Source of the DNA: Fidelibacterota bacterium
GTDB lineage: Bacteria > Fidelibacterota > Marinisomatia > Marinisomatales > S15-B10
Length of the DNA: 46,097 nt
Reading direction: 5' to 3'
Assembly (NCBI GenBank): GCA_046861655.1
Contig: JBHIAI010000005.1
Location: 1-46,097, forward strand
The notes under the pieces are model-generated. The model saw only the letters and a program-made list of their open reading frames with translations, ran no database searches and had not been told where the DNA came from. Shown here in pieces: positions 17,299 to 27,552 of the stretch (the first letter of the stretch is position 1; each line of letters begins with the position of its first letter). Both the position numbers and the translations under genes were made by a program.

Positions 17299-19764
17299 GT
17301 GAACGCAGTGACCGCAAAGAAACACCGTATCGTTCATATTGCCAAGGAGCTCAATGTCTCCCACCGGGACATCATGGATCTTCTCGAAAAGAACGGGATA
17401 GAGGTCCACAGTCACATGAGTCCCGTGGATGAGCAGACCTACCAGCTTATCGTGGACGAGTTTGACAAAGACAGGCAGACCGTGGAGCGGTACAGGAAGG
17501 AGCAAATCCGCAAAGAAATCCGGTCCCGGAAGCTGGAGGAAAGTCTGCAGACACCTCGAACCCTCGAGATCATGATGCCCGACGAACAACGGAGACTGGA
17601 AGAGGAAGAACAGAAAGCCAGGGAGGAAGAAAAACAGGCACGAGAGGCCCAGGAGAAGCTCGAGGCGCAAACGGAGCAAGAGGAGGCAGCACCGGAGGTT
17701 GGGGCCGAGGTTCTGGGGGCAGGCAGGGGTGACGAAGATGAGAAAGTTCCGGCAGAGACGGAAGGGCAGAAGAAGCCCAAGAAGTTGAAACTCCGCAAGA
17801 TTGATCTGTCGGAGATCGAATCCCAGATCACTTCCCGTCGGGCAAAACCGGGAAGGAAAAAACCGGAGGAAGAAGAGGAGAAGCCCGAAAAGGTTTCCGT
17901 GGATACCACGATCAAGAAAACTCTGGCCGCCATCGATACCAAGCACAAACGGAAGAGATACAAGAGAGCCCGACCGGAGGAAACGGAGGAAACTGAAGAA
18001 GACATTGAAAAGGTTAAGGTCAGGGAATTCATGTCTGTTCAGGAGCTCGCAGGGGTTCTCGACGTGGAGCCATCGGATATCATAACGAAATGTCTTGGTC
18101 TGGGTATGCCTGCCACCATGAATCAGCGACTCGACATGGATACCATTACCCTCCTTGTGGAGGATGCCGGTTTCCGGGTGGACAGGGTGGAAGAGACGGC
18201 AGACGACCTGTTTTCCCTGGAGGATGGGGACGAGGATGTCGAGAAAACGGTTCCCAGGGCGCCTGTGGTAACCATCATGGGTCACGTGGATCACGGAAAG
18301 ACCTCTCTTCTGGACTACATCCGTAACACAAACGTGGTGGCCGGGGAGGCTGGCGCTATCACCCAGCAAATCGGTGCATACGAAGTCGAACTGGACGGCG
18401 GACGGCGTGTTACCTTCCTTGATACGCCCGGCCACGAAGCGTTCACCAGCATGCGGGCCCGGGGTGCCCAGGTCACCGATGTGGTGATCCTCATTGTGGC
18501 CGCAGATGACGGAGTTAAGCCTCAGACGCTGGAGGCGATTGATCATGCCAAAGCCGCCGGCGTCCCCATCGTAGTGGCCATCAACAAAATCGATAAGAAA
18601 AGTGCCAATCCAGACCGGGTGAAGAAGGACCTCTCTGAACACGGTATCCTGGTGGAAGAATGGGGGGGGAATTACCAGTCCATCGAGATTTCCGCCAAAA
18701 CGGGTCACGGAGTGAACGAGCTCCTGGAACTTCTGGCCCTGGAAACCGAAGTGCTGGAGCTCAAAGCCAATCCCGACACAGAGGCCAAGGGGACCGTGAT
18801 TGAATCGAGATTGGACAGGGGGCACGGTGCCATAGGGACCGTCTTGATTCAGAAGGGAACCGTCCGCGCGGGCGATGCCTTTGTGTGCGGAAACAGCAGT
18901 GGCAAAGTGCGGGCACTCCTGAATGAACGAAACGTACGCATTGAATCTGCGGGACCGTCTCAGCCGGTTCAGATATTGGGATTCCAGGTCCCGCCCCAGG
19001 CTGGAGACAGGTTTGCCGTGGTGGCAGGCGAGCGCCAGGCGAAACAGCTGGCGGGCGAAAGGGAACGAGTCCGCAGGGAAATCGATCGCCAGAGGATCCG
19101 GGCGAAAACCCTGGACCGGATCTCCGAGGAGATCCGTGAAGGTGTGCTGAAAACCCTGGCCCTGGTGGTGAAGGCAGATGCCGACGGTTCCATAGAAGCC
19201 CTGGTGGATGCCCTGAGAGAGATGCCCGGCGAAGAATTGAAGATAGACGTCGTCCGAAAAGGGGTGGGAAATATTTCTGAATCCGATATCCTTCTGGCCT
19301 CCGCGTCGGGCGCAATCGTAATAGGTTTCAATGTGGGAATTCATCCCAACGCCAAACTTCTTGCCAAGCACAACCAGGTGGATATCCGCGTCTATGACGT
19401 CATCTACGATGCCATTGAGGAAATCAAACGGGCTCTAGAGGGACTTCTCGAGCCGGAGGTGATCGAATCCGTTCTGGGAAGAGCCGAGGTAAAGGAAGTA
19501 TTCAGAATATCCCGGATTGGCCCCGTGGCGGGATGCGTAGTCACAGACGGGATTATCTCTCTCAACGACCGTGCCCGGGTGATGGACAACGGCGAAATGA
19601 TCTACGAAGGAAGCGTTACTTCCCTTAAGCATTTTCAGGAAGACGTAAAATCCATCGAAGAGGGGAAGGAATGCGGAATCGGCATTGAGGGAATGAAGAA
19701 TTTTCAGGTTGGTCACGTCATTGAAGCCTTCAAGGTCGACGAGGTGAAACGAACGCTGGATTAG
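17299..19764 (+). CDS. infB: translation initiation factor IF-2
   Basis: [20 protein letters not shown] GTPase motifs. Confidence 0.98.
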   Translation: MNAVTAKKHRIVHIAKELNVSHRDIMDLLEKNGIEVHSHMSPVDEQTYQLIVDEFDKDRQTVERYRKEQIRKEIRSRKLEESLQTPRTLEIMMPDEQRRLEEEEQKAREEEKQAREAQEKLEAQTEQEEAAPEVGAEVLGAGRGDEDEKVPAETEGQKKPKKLKLRKIDLSEIESQITSRRAKPGRKKPEEEEEKPEKVSVDTTIKKTLAAIDTKHKRKRYKRARPEETEETEEDIEKVKVREFMSVQELAGVLDVEPSDIITKCLGLGMPATMNQRLDMDTITLLVEDAGFRVDRVEETADDLFSLEDGDEDVEKTVPRAPVVTIMGHVDHGKTSLLDYIRNTNVVAGEAGAITQQIGAYEVELDGGRRVTFLDTPGHEAFTSMRARGAQVTDVVILIVAADDGVKPQTLEAIDHAKAAGVPIVVAINKIDKKSANPDRVKKDLSEHGILVEEWGGNYQSIEISAKTGHGVNELLELLALETEVLELKANPDTEAKGTVIESRLDRGHGAIGTVLIQKGTVRAGDAFVCGNSSGKVRALLNERNVRIESAGPSQPVQILGFQVPPQAGDRFAVVAGERQAKQLAGERERVRREIDRQRIRAKTLDRISEEIREGVLKTLALVVKADADGSIEALVDALREMPGEELKIDVVRKGVGNISESDILLASASGAIVIGFNVGIHPNAKLLAKHNQVDIRVYDVIYDAIEEIKRALEGLLEPEVIESVLGRAEVKEVFRISRIGPVAGCVVTDGIISLNDRARVMDNGEMIYEGSVTSLKHFQEDVKSIEEGKECGIGIEGMKNFQVGHVIEAFKVDEVKRTLD

Positions 19765-19782
19765 AGACCCTGTTGGATTAGG

Positions 19783-20064
19783 ATGGCCGTTGGTGTCCTA
19801 AGGATTGAGCTCAGACTCCTCAGTCCTCGCTCCCTAAAAGAAAAACGGGCAATACTCAGACCTGTGAAGGAATACCTCCGGAGAAAAAAGAACGTGTCAG
19901 TTGCAGAGACTGGGAGTCACGACGCCTGGCAGAGTTCAGTTCTCGAAATCGCCATGGTCAGTAACGATCGTTCTTCGCTGCACGGCGAACTCAGCGGTCT
20001 TGTAAGTCGTCTGGAGGCTCGCTTTCCCGTTTCCATCACGTCGCAGGACCTTGAGATCCTGTGA
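19783..20064 (+). CDS. DUF503 (YlxP-like) protein
   Basis: SLKEKR..NVSVAE motif, located between infB and rbfA. Confidence 0.9.
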   Translation: MAVGVLRIELRLLSPRSLKEKRAILRPVKEYLRRKKNVSVAETGSHDAWQSSVLEIAMVSNDRSSLHGELSGLVSRLEARFPVSITSQDLEIL

Positions 20065-20429
20065 GGGTAAGACCCTACAGCCGAGCCCAACGATACGGTC
20101 ATGAACTCCAAAAGATCCTGGGCGAGATTATCCTCAAAGAGGTGGACACGTCCCGGGTGGGGCTTGCGACCGTGACGGGAGTCAAAGTTTCCAACGATCT
20201 TCGCCTGGCCCGGGTGTATGTGAGCGTCCTGGACCGGAAGGGCTCCCAGGAGGACGTGGAGCGATTCTTTACTCGGCGGGCGAAATTCATCAGACGGATG
20301 GTCGGTGCGCAGGTGACGTCCAAATCGGTTCCGGAACTCAGGTTTCACTATGACAGTTCGTTTGAAGAGGCGGAGAAAGTGAACCGGCTTCTCACCCGGA
20401 TTCAGCGGCCAGAATCGGAATCAAAATGA
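20061..20429 (+). CDS. rbfA: ribosome-binding factor A
   Basis: VTGVKVSNDLRLARVYVS, VPELRFHYD; synteny. Confidence 0.95.
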   Translation: MRVRPYSRAQRYGHELQKILGEIILKEVDTSRVGLATVTGVKVSNDLRLARVYVSVLDRKGSQEDVERFFTRRAKFIRRMVGAQVTSKSVPELRFHYDSSFEEAEKVNRLLTRIQRPESESK

Positions 20430-21082
20430 TCCTGGCTATCCAAAAGCCACGAGGCTGGACGTCCTTCGATGTGGTGGAGAAAGTCAGGTCTGTCACAGGC
20501 GAAAAGAAGGTGGGTCATGCAGGCACCCTCGATCCTTTCGCCGAAGGTCTCCTGGTAGTGGGTGTGGGTCGAGAGTCAACTCAACGGCTCTCTCACATAG
20601 CCCAGCAGGAAAAGGAATACCGGGCCCGGATCAGGCTGGGGATTTCAACGGACACTCTTGATACGGAGGGAAACGTGGTCACGCGAAAACCAGTACCTCC
20701 CCTGACCAGATCCAGAATCGAAAAGGTGTTCAAATCGTTCACGGGAACCATTCAGCAGGTTCCCCCCATGTATTCTGCCAAGAAGGTAGGAGGCACACGC
20801 CTGTATGAACTGGCCCGGGAGAACAAGGAAATCCCCCGGCGACCCGCTACGGTAACCATCAAGGAATTAACACTCGAAGATTTCACCCAGAAGACCATCC
20901 GGTTTTCCGTCGTTTGCTCGAAAGGGACCTACATCCGGCAGCTGGGGGCGGATGTGGCCCAGGCCCTGGGCACGGTGGGGTATCTTGAGGCCCTCACAAG
21001 GATCCGGATCGGGAATATCACGCTCAAGGAGTGTCATTCCTTGCAAGACCTGGAACAGCAATGGTTGTCTATCGCCGAATAG
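20426..21082 (+). CDS. truB: tRNA pseudouridine(55) synthase
   Basis: KVGHAGTLDP, QVPPMYSA, CSKGTYIR. Confidence 0.96.
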   Translation: MILAIQKPRGWTSFDVVEKVRSVTGEKKVGHAGTLDPFAEGLLVVGVGRESTQRLSHIAQQEKEYRARIRLGISTDTLDTEGNVVTRKPVPPLTRSRIEKVFKSFTGTIQQVPPMYSAKKVGGTRLYELARENKEIPRRPATVTIKELTLEDFTQKTIRFSVVCSKGTYIRQLGADVAQALGTVGYLEALTRIRIGNITLKECHSLQDLEQQWLSIAE

Positions 21083-21987
21083 AAGATGTTGTGCCGGTAG
21101 CCAACACAGTGCTTACCATCGGTTCCTATGACGGCCTTCACCGGGGGCACCAAGAAGTGATCCGAAGAGTGCTCACAAAAGGCCGAAAGGGCAACAGGAA
21201 ATCCGTTGTCGTCACTTTTGATCCCCATCCCAAGCAGATCCTGGGATCGGAAGAAGACCGGTTCGACGTAATCATGGACGTCGAAAGGAAACTCCGGTTT
21301 CTTGAGGATATGGGCGTGGACATCTCCCTGATCATTCCCTTTGACCTCGATTTTTCCCGGACGTCTGCTACGGACTTCCTGGATACCATCATCATTCCCA
21401 GTTTCGACCCTTTTGAAATCATCATCGGTCACGATCACCGCTTCGGCCATGATCGCGAAGGAGATAGCGAATTGCTGCGCAAATACGAACAAGACGGCCG
21501 TTTTCGGGTGGAGGTGGTCCATGGTGTTAAAGGTAACGACCGGGTGATCAGCAGCCGCTACATCCGGGATCTGATTCGACGGGGACAAGTCCGCGAGGCG
21601 TCCCGGGAACTCGGGTGGGTGTACGGCTTCAACGCCACGGTAGTCCGGGGCGCAGGACGGGGTCGGGCCCTCACTTTTCCCACGGCCAACTTTGTCCCCA
21701 AAAACCCGGCTCAACTCCTCCCAAGAACGGGGGTCTACTGCGCCCGGGGTATCGTGCAAGAACATAGATACGACGGCATGGCCAACATCGGATACCGGCC
21801 CACTTTCGATGAAGCTGACTTCGTTATGGAGATTCACCTTTTTGACGGAAACGTGGAAGACTTGTACGGGGAAACCATTGAGGTGGAGTTTGTGGAGAGA
21901 ATCCGCGATGAAAAGAAATTCCGTTCCACTGACCGATTGGTGGAGCAGTTGAAAAAGGACAGGGAAACCTGTCTCGGACAATTGTGA
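21061..21987 (+). CDS. ribF: bifunctional riboflavin kinase/FAD synthetase
   Basis: GSYDGLHRGH, FPTAN, NIGYRPTF; ATG 21061. Confidence 0.95.
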   Translation: MVVYRRIEDVVPVANTVLTIGSYDGLHRGHQEVIRRVLTKGRKGNRKSVVVTFDPHPKQILGSEEDRFDVIMDVERKLRFLEDMGVDISLIIPFDLDFSRTSATDFLDTIIIPSFDPFEIIIGHDHRFGHDREGDSELLRKYEQDGRFRVEVVHGVKGNDRVISSRYIRDLIRRGQVREASRELGWVYGFNATVVRGAGRGRALTFPTANFVPKNPAQLLPRTGVYCARGIVQEHRYDGMANIGYRPTFDEADFVMEIHLFDGNVEDLYGETIEVEFVERIRDEKKFRSTDRLVEQLKKDRETCLGQL

Positions 21988-22002
21988 GAAATAGGAGGAA
22001 TC

Positions 22003-22272
22003 ATGACACTCACGCAAGAGCAGAAAAAGGAACTGGTCAAGACCTACGGAAAGGATGACAAGGACAGCGGCTCACCTGAGGTTCAAATCTCCTTGTTGAC
22101 AACCCGGATCAGGGGACTGACCGAACATTCGAAGCGCCATCCCAAGGATCGTCATTCCAGACATGGATTGATCAAACTCGTGAGCAAACGTCGCAAGATG
22201 CTGAAGCACCTCAAAAGGAGGGACCTTGAGAGGTATCAGAAAGTGGTCAACGATCTGGGAATACGACACTAG
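22003..22272 (+). CDS. rpsO: 30S ribosomal protein S15
   Basis: DSGSPEVQI..HPKD.HSR.GL; AGGAGG SD. Confidence 0.97.
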   Translation: MTLTQEQKKELVKTYGKDDKDSGSPEVQISLLTTRIRGLTEHSKRHPKDRHSRHGLIKLVSKRRKMLKHLKRRDLERYQKVVNDLGIRH

Positions 22273-22436
22273 TCTGAATCATCCCAAGAATAACACAGAA
22301 GAGTCAGAGGATCGACTGAGATACAGTACTGTTGATTGAATTGAGAATGGATTCCTGGAATACTGTCTGCGACCGACCGGATACGGCTTCTCTGCGATCT
22401 GTCTGGTTCAAAGTGACTAAGCTATAGAAAGAAGAG

Positions 22437-24644
22437 ATGATGAACATAAGAAAACATTCTGTGGAGTTAGCCGGCCGTACCCTGACCCTTGAGTCGGGGG
22501 TGATGGCCAAACAGTCGGCCGGGTCGGTCCTGGTCACTTACGGAGATACCGTCGTCCTGGTCGCCGTGAATGCAGATCCCGATCCTCGAGAGGGTATCGA
22601 TTTCTTACCTCTTTCGGTGGAATACAGGGAAAGAGCTTACGCTGGCGGTAAGATTCCAGGAGGATTCTTCAAACGGGAAGGGAGGCCCAGTGAAAAGGAG
22701 ATTCTTGCCTCCCGCCTGACAGACCGGGCGATTCGTCCCCTGTTTCCGAAGGAATTCCGGTGTGACACCCAGGTGATGATCAATCTACTGTCCACCGACC
22801 AGGAGAATCCCGCCGATGTTCTCGGTACCATCGGCGCGTCATCGGCTCTCATGCAATCGAATATCCCCTGGAGCGGCCCACTGGCCTCGGTGAGGGTGGG
22901 ATTCGCGAACGGAAAGGCTCTTTTGAATCCTCGATACTCGGAACTGGAATCGAGTGAACTGGACCTCGTGGTTACGGGGAACGAAGAATCTGTGGTCATG
23001 CTGGAAGGAGACGCCAGGGAGACACCGGAAGATCACCTCTTAACAGCAATCCAGGTGGCCCATGAAGCCATCAAGGATCTCATCACCCTGCAGAAGGAAT
23101 TCCTTTCCGGACGGGAGGTAGTAAAGCGGGAAGTTCAAAAACAAGAGGCGAACCCCGACCTCCTGGCGGAGGTGAATAAGAGAATAGATAGCGTTATCGA
23201 TGAGCTGATCTCCATTCCGGAGAAGGTGAGGCGAAGTTCGGCTATCCGTTCTTTCACCCAGGAAGTCATTGCCGATCTGGAGGAACCCTTTCCTGACAGC
23301 CAAGGAATCGTCAAGAGCCTCATCGATGCCAGGATTGAGAAGAGAATCAGGGAGAAGATTCTGTCCGACGGCACCCGGGTAGATGGGAGGAGTCCCACCG
23401 ATATCCGTCCCATTGTCATCCGGCTGGGTCTGCTTCCCAGAACCCATGGAAGCGCTCTGTTTACCCGGGGAGAAACTCAGAGTCTAACCACCGTAACCCT
23501 GGGATCCCGGTCCGATGAACAGTTCATCGATGACATCAACGGAGAGTTCAAGAAAAAATACATGCTTCACTACAATTTTCCCCCCTTCAGTGTGGGAGAG
23601 GTCCGGCGGTACCTCGGACTCAGCAGGAGGGAGGTGGGACATGGAAACCTGGCTGAGCGGGCCCTGAAGAATGCCATGCCTCCCTTCGAAGATTTCCCCT
23701 ATACTGTCCGGGTGGTGTCCGATATCCTGGAATCCAACGGGTCTTCTTCCATGGCCACTGTGTGTGCCGGCTCACTGGCCCTTATGGACGCCGGTGTCCC
23801 TATCAGGGCGGCGGTGGCAGGAGTTTCCATCGGCCTGGTGAAAAACGACGACAAGTCCGTTCTCCTGTCGGACATCATGGGCCTGGAGGATCACTACGGC
23901 GACATGGACTTCAAAGTGGCTGGAACCCGGAAGGGAATCACGTCCGTTCAACTGGACTTGAAGATAGGGGGTCTCTCTTTTGACCTGATCGAAAAGGCCC
24001 TTCAGCAGGCCCGGGAAGATCGCCTCCATATTCTCGAAATCATGGATCAACACATCGAGAAACCCCGGGAATCCTTGTCTCCCCTGGCTCCCAAGATCCT
24101 GCGCCTCAGCATTCCTGCAGACAAGATCGGAGACCTCATCGGACCGGGAGGAAGAACCATCCGCTCCGTCATCAGCGAATGTGAATGTGAGGTGGACGTG
24201 GATGATGACGGCATTGTGATCATCTCTTCTCCGTCCCTTGAGAACTGCGAGAAGGCCAGGAAAATGGTGGAAGCCATTACCACCGAACCCGAGGTGGGGA
24301 TGGTGTTCGAGGGAACGGTGATGCGAATCACCAACTTCGGTGCCTTTGTGGAACTGGTCCCCGGAAAGGAGGGCCTTCTGCACATCAGCGAAATCGCCCA
24401 CGAACGGACGGAAAGAGTGGAAGACGCTGTCAGTCTCGGGGACGTGGTAAAGGTAAAAGTGATTAAGGTGGACGAATACGGACGGTTCGATCTGAGCGTG
24501 AAAGCTCTTCTGGAGCGGCCCAAGGGCATGCCGGCGAGTCCTGACCGCGGAGGAGCCCGGCCGGACAGAAGGCGTCATCGGCCTCGACACGGTCCAAGAA
24601 GAAGTTCGAGTGGAAGGACGGGTCAGGGAAATCAGAGTCGATGA
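22437..24644 (+). CDS. pnp: polyribonucleotide nucleotidyltransferase
   Basis: Two RNase PH domains (RREVGHG, ESNGSSSMA, GDMDFKVAG), KH and S1. Confidence 0.98.
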   Translation: MMNIRKHSVELAGRTLTLESGVMAKQSAGSVLVTYGDTVVLVAVNADPDPREGIDFLPLSVEYRERAYAGGKIPGGFFKREGRPSEKEILASRLTDRAIRPLFPKEFRCDTQVMINLLSTDQENPADVLGTIGASSALMQSNIPWSGPLASVRVGFANGKALLNPRYSELESSELDLVVTGNEESVVMLEGDARETPEDHLLTAIQVAHEAIKDLITLQKEFLSGREVVKREVQKQEANPDLLAEVNKRIDSVIDELISIPEKVRRSSAIRSFTQEVIADLEEPFPDSQGIVKSLIDARIEKRIREKILSDGTRVDGRSPTDIRPIVIRLGLLPRTHGSALFTRGETQSLTTVTLGSRSDEQFIDDINGEFKKKYMLHYNFPPFSVGEVRRYLGLSRREVGHGNLAERALKNAMPPFEDFPYTVRVVSDILESNGSSSMATVCAGSLALMDAGVPIRAAVAGVSIGLVKNDDKSVLLSDIMGLEDHYGDMDFKVAGTRKGITSVQLDLKIGGLSFDLIEKALQQAREDRLHILEIMDQHIEKPRESLSPLAPKILRLSIPADKIGDLIGPGGRTIRSVISECECEVDVDDDGIVIISSPSLENCEKARKMVEAITTEPEVGMVFEGTVMRITNFGAFVELVPGKEGLLHISEIAHERTERVEDAVSLGDVVKVKVIKVDEYGRFDLSVKALLERPKGMPASPDRGGARPDRRRHRPRHGPRRSSSGRTGQGNQSR

Positions 24645-25756
24645 TCGTCGGCGTACCCAGAGAGATTAAGCCCCAGGAGTCCCGGGTGGCCCTCACTCCC
24701 CATGGGGCCCTGGAACTCAAGGTCGAAGGACATGAAGTGCTGGTGGAAACGGGGGCGGGGGATGAGAGCGGCTTTCCCGATGAGGTCTACACTTTGCAGG
24801 GAGCGGTAATCTGCGATTCCCTGAAGGAGATTTATGACCGGTCGGACCTTGTGGTCAAGGTAAAGGAGCCCCAGCCCGAGGAAATCGCCCTCCTGAGGGA
24901 GGACGTCATCATGTTCACCTACTTCCACTTTGCCGCCGATGAGAATCTCGCCCGGAATTTCCTGGCCACCGGGGCCACGGGTCTGGCCTACGAGACCCTG
25001 GAACTGCCCAACGGCACTCTACCGCTTCTAACGCCCATGAGCGAAGTTGCGGGCCGCATGGCCGTTCAGGAAGGAGCCAAGTATCTCGAAACCCGGCAAG
25101 GGGGAAAGGGAATCCTCCTCGGGGGTGTTCCGGGTGTGGAGCCCGCCACCGTGTTGATTCTCGGGGGCGGGGTCGTGGGCGCCAACGCCGCGAAGATCGC
25201 GTCGGGTCTGGGAGCGAGAGTCTACGTCCTGGATACCCACATGGAACGTCTGAGATACCTGGACGACACTATGCCTCAAAATGTGGTGACCCTGTACAGC
25301 AACCGGCACAACATTCTCACCCTTCTTCCCAGAACCGATCTCCTGATCGGGGCGGTCCTGATCGTGGGATCCAGAGCCCCTAAGCTGGTCACGCGGGATA
25401 TGCTGTCCTTTATGACTAAGGGAACCGTAATCGTGGATGTGTCCGTAGATCAAGGGGGGTGCGTGGAAACCACGCGACCCACCAGTCACGAAAATCCCAT
25501 CTATGAAGTGGAAGGAGTCATCCACTACTGCGTGGCCAACATGCCTGGAGCGGTTCCCTTCACGTCAACCGTTGCCCTTACCAATTCAACCCTTCCCTAC
25601 ATCCTGTCTATCGCCAAGAACGGTCTGGCCAGGGCGGCGAGAAAGGATCCGGATATCTATTCCGCCATCAATACCATTGGGGGACAGGTGACCCACAAAG
25701 GGGTGGCATCCGCTTTTGATCTGGACTATCGATCTCCCCAGGAAGTTCTAAAGTAG
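24641..25756 (+). CDS. ald: alanine dehydrogenase
   Basis: GVPREIK..ESRVALTP, PMSEVAGR, HYCVANMPGAVP. Confidence 0.97.
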   Translation: MIVGVPREIKPQESRVALTPHGALELKVEGHEVLVETGAGDESGFPDEVYTLQGAVICDSLKEIYDRSDLVVKVKEPQPEEIALLREDVIMFTYFHFAADENLARNFLATGATGLAYETLELPNGTLPLLTPMSEVAGRMAVQEGAKYLETRQGGKGILLGGVPGVEPATVLILGGGVVGANAAKIASGLGARVYVLDTHMERLRYLDDTMPQNVVTLYSNRHNILTLLPRTDLLIGAVLIVGSRAPKLVTRDMLSFMTKGTVIVDVSVDQGGCVETTRPTSHENPIYEVEGVIHYCVANMPGAVPFTSTVALTNSTLPYILSIAKNGLARAARKDPDIYSAINTIGGQVTHKGVASAFDLDYRSPQEVLK

Positions 25757-25828
25757 ACATTCCGCAGACCCACTTAATCCTTGTGATATGGCAGGTTTAT
25801 TCCTAATATCAAGTAAAGCTTTAAGTCT

Positions 25829-26197
25829 ATGTCGGCGGAAGATGCAAACATAAGAAAGCTTTACTACTCCATCGGCGAGGTGAGTGAGCGGACCGGTTTG
25901 AAGCAGTATGTGTTGCGGTACTGGGAGACGGAGTTTCCCACTTTGCGACCCCAGAAGAACAGGGCGGGAAACCGGATCTACCGGGAAAAAGATATTGACA
26001 TGATTCTGAAGATCAAGGATTTGTTGTACAATCAAAAATACACCATTGAAGGGGCTCGTCGCCGGTTAAAAGTGGCGGCATCGGTTTCTTCGGATGAGAA
26101 GGAATCGGATGACGAGGGGAAGTACGAAGGACTTCTAAAGAACGTCAAGGCGGAGCTGGAGGATATTCTGAAGATTCTTTCCCGGAGACGGGGATAG
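25829..26197 (+). CDS. MerR-family transcriptional regulator
   Basis: YYSIGEV..YVLRYWETEF, YTIEGA; usual position upstream of tRNA-Pro; TTGTGA-N17-TAATAT upstream. Confidence 0.92.
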   Translation: MSAEDANIRKLYYSIGEVSERTGLKQYVLRYWETEFPTLRPQKNRAGNRIYREKDIDMILKIKDLLYNQKYTIEGARRRLKVAASVSSDEKESDDEGKYEGLLKNVKAELEDILKILSRRRG

Positions 26198-26247
26198 GGA
26201 TTGATAATTGAATATTGATAACAGAGCCGCAGATGACACAGAGGATG

Positions 26248-26376
26248 CATGACTCGCCGTCATGATAAGCCTGTCGAAGCATGAGTCGTAATTCGTAACT
26301 CGTAATGCGTAGCTTCATAATCGTCACCGGTTCCTGGTCCCTGGCTGATGGTTGAAGCTGACAACTGACAGCTTCA
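26248..26376. repeat. cluster of short intergenic repeats (REP-like unit, heptamer tandem, palindrome)
   Basis: gtcatgataagcctgtcgaagcatga (26259-26284); tcgtaat-tcgtaac-tcgtaat-gcgtagc (26286-26313); tgaagctg-N8-cagcttca (26353-26376). Confidence 0.6.
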
Positions 26377-26407
26377 TTCGTTGCGAAGTGCTAACTGTCT
26401 TACAAAT

Positions 26408-26482
26408 CGGAGCGTGGCGCAGTCCGGTCAGCGCACCTGAATGGGGTTCAGGGGGTCGGGAGTTCGAATCTCCCCGCTCCGA
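26408..26482 (+). tRNA. tRNA-Pro(GGG)
   Basis: Acceptor cggagcg/cgctccg; anticodon arm cctga-atGGGgt-tcagg; GTTCGAATC; CCA not encoded. Confidence 0.95.
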
Positions 26483-26490
26483 CACGATCC

Positions 26491-26599
26491 AAAGATACTT
26501 GACGGGGTAAGGACTGAGTTTGACGAGCGCATCCCGATGTCCATCGGGAGGATCGGGAGTTCGAATCCCGCCGCTCCGACTGGAAATTTAAGTATCTTT
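26491..26599 (+). pseudogene. degenerate tRNA-Pro copy / att-like scar flanked by inverted repeats
   Basis: 26553-26580 matches tRNA 3' end 26456-26483 at 26/28; anticodon arm replaced by tcccgatg-tc-catcggga; flanks aaagatactt (26491-26500) and aagtatcttt (26590-26599). Confidence 0.7.
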
Positions 26600-26685
26600 T
26601 CGTCGATCCACCGACGGGAAAACCGCCTCCACCGCTGGATCCGCCCGATCCACCGTTTTTCTTCTCTTTTCCCCGTTTTGGCCTA

Positions 26686-26721
26686 TTTTTGCCATTTTCT
26701 TGCAACTTTCTTGCAACTTTT
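26686..26721. repeat. 11-bp direct repeats, integrase arm-site-like
   Basis: tttcttgcaac x2 (26696-26717) preceded by degenerate ttttgccat. Confidence 0.5.
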
Positions 26722-26738
26722 TCGGCGGTCCTATCCCT

Positions 26739-27521
26739 TCAGTAATTCCTGGTTTTCATCGGATATTCTGAGTGTGCTTGTGGACCGAACTGTCCCAATT
26801 GTTTTGAAGACGTACACTTTCGTCGTTGTTTGGCCAACCACTCCCAAAGCTCGGGATCGGCGTAGGCCTTCTTCCAGGCATCGGCGTGACCTGCCTCCGG
26901 ATACACCGTAAACCGGACATTCCCGCCCGCCTCCTCTAACGCATGGACCATTTCCTGGGACTTTTCCAAGTCCACGGTCCTGTCCTTCGCTCCATGGAAG
27001 ACCCACGTGGCAACGTCGCGCATGACGTGGGCCTTGAATGGGTCGCCTCCCCCACAGATGGGGACGGCAGCGGCGAATCTATCAGGATGGGAAGTGACGA
27101 GGTTCCACGTGCCATAACCTCCCATGCTGAGGCCGGTCACGTAGACCCGGTCCGGGTCAACGCGGTGCTGCTCCATAACCTCATCCAGGACCGCCGTGAG
27201 CATGTCCACGTCCCACCACCGGTCGGCCGGACACTGAGGGGTGACCACGACGAAAGGGAAGTCGTGCCCTTCAGAAATCATCCGGGCCGGGCCGTGGATT
27301 TTCACCCGGTCGAGATTGTCCCCGCGCTCTCCAATGCCATGCAGGAAGAGCAGAAGGGCAAACTCCCGTCTTTCGTCTTCGTAGCCGGGGGGGAGATAGA
27401 GAAGATACTGGACCTCCACCGTCTTCTGAATGGTTGTCCGGAGACGATGTGCGGTCTGACGGCCTCCTTTTTCCACCCCCGGTGAAAACCCAGACACCAG
27501 GACCGAGAGTCCCATCCCCAA
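26739..27521 (-). CDS. alpha/beta-hydrolase (carboxylesterase/phospholipase or peptidase-like)
   Basis: FLHGIGERG, GLSMGG nucleophile elbow, HGAKD and GH triad; start uncertain. Confidence 0.9.
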   Translation of the reverse strand: MGMGLSVLVSGFSPGVEKGGRQTAHRLRTTIQKTVEVQYLLYLPPGYEDERREFALLLFLHGIGERGDNLDRVKIHGPARMISEGHDFPFVVVTPQCPADRWWDVDMLTAVLDEVMEQHRVDPDRVYVTGLSMGGYGTWNLVTSHPDRFAAAVPICGGGDPFKAHVMRDVATWVFHGAKDRTVDLEKSQEMVHALEEAGGNVRFTVYPEAGHADAWKKAYADPELWEWLAKQRRKCTSSKQLGQFGPQAHSEYPMKTRNY

Positions 27522-27552
27522 CGTTAAACCGGCGATTCGGACGGTAGTTCCC

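Noticed and set aside
17176..19371. 731-aa antisense ORF over infB, and similar long antisense ORFs over pnp, ribF, tldD and the 1051-aa gene
   Set aside because: Shadow ORFs expected from codon bias opposite well-supported genes; no recognisable motifs
20426..21082. Short TruB lacking the C-terminal PUA domain as a possible pseudogene
   Set aside because: Catalytic motifs are intact, it overlaps ribF normally, and short TruB forms are common
22273..22436. Possible RNase III hairpin in the rpsO-pnp spacer
   Set aside because: Only short stems (acagta/tactgt) could be paired by eye; not enough without folding software
26441..26911. 156-aa plus-strand ORF and the opposite 85-aa ORF
   Set aside because: They overlap tRNA-Pro and its degenerate copy; typical spurious tRNA-derived ORFs
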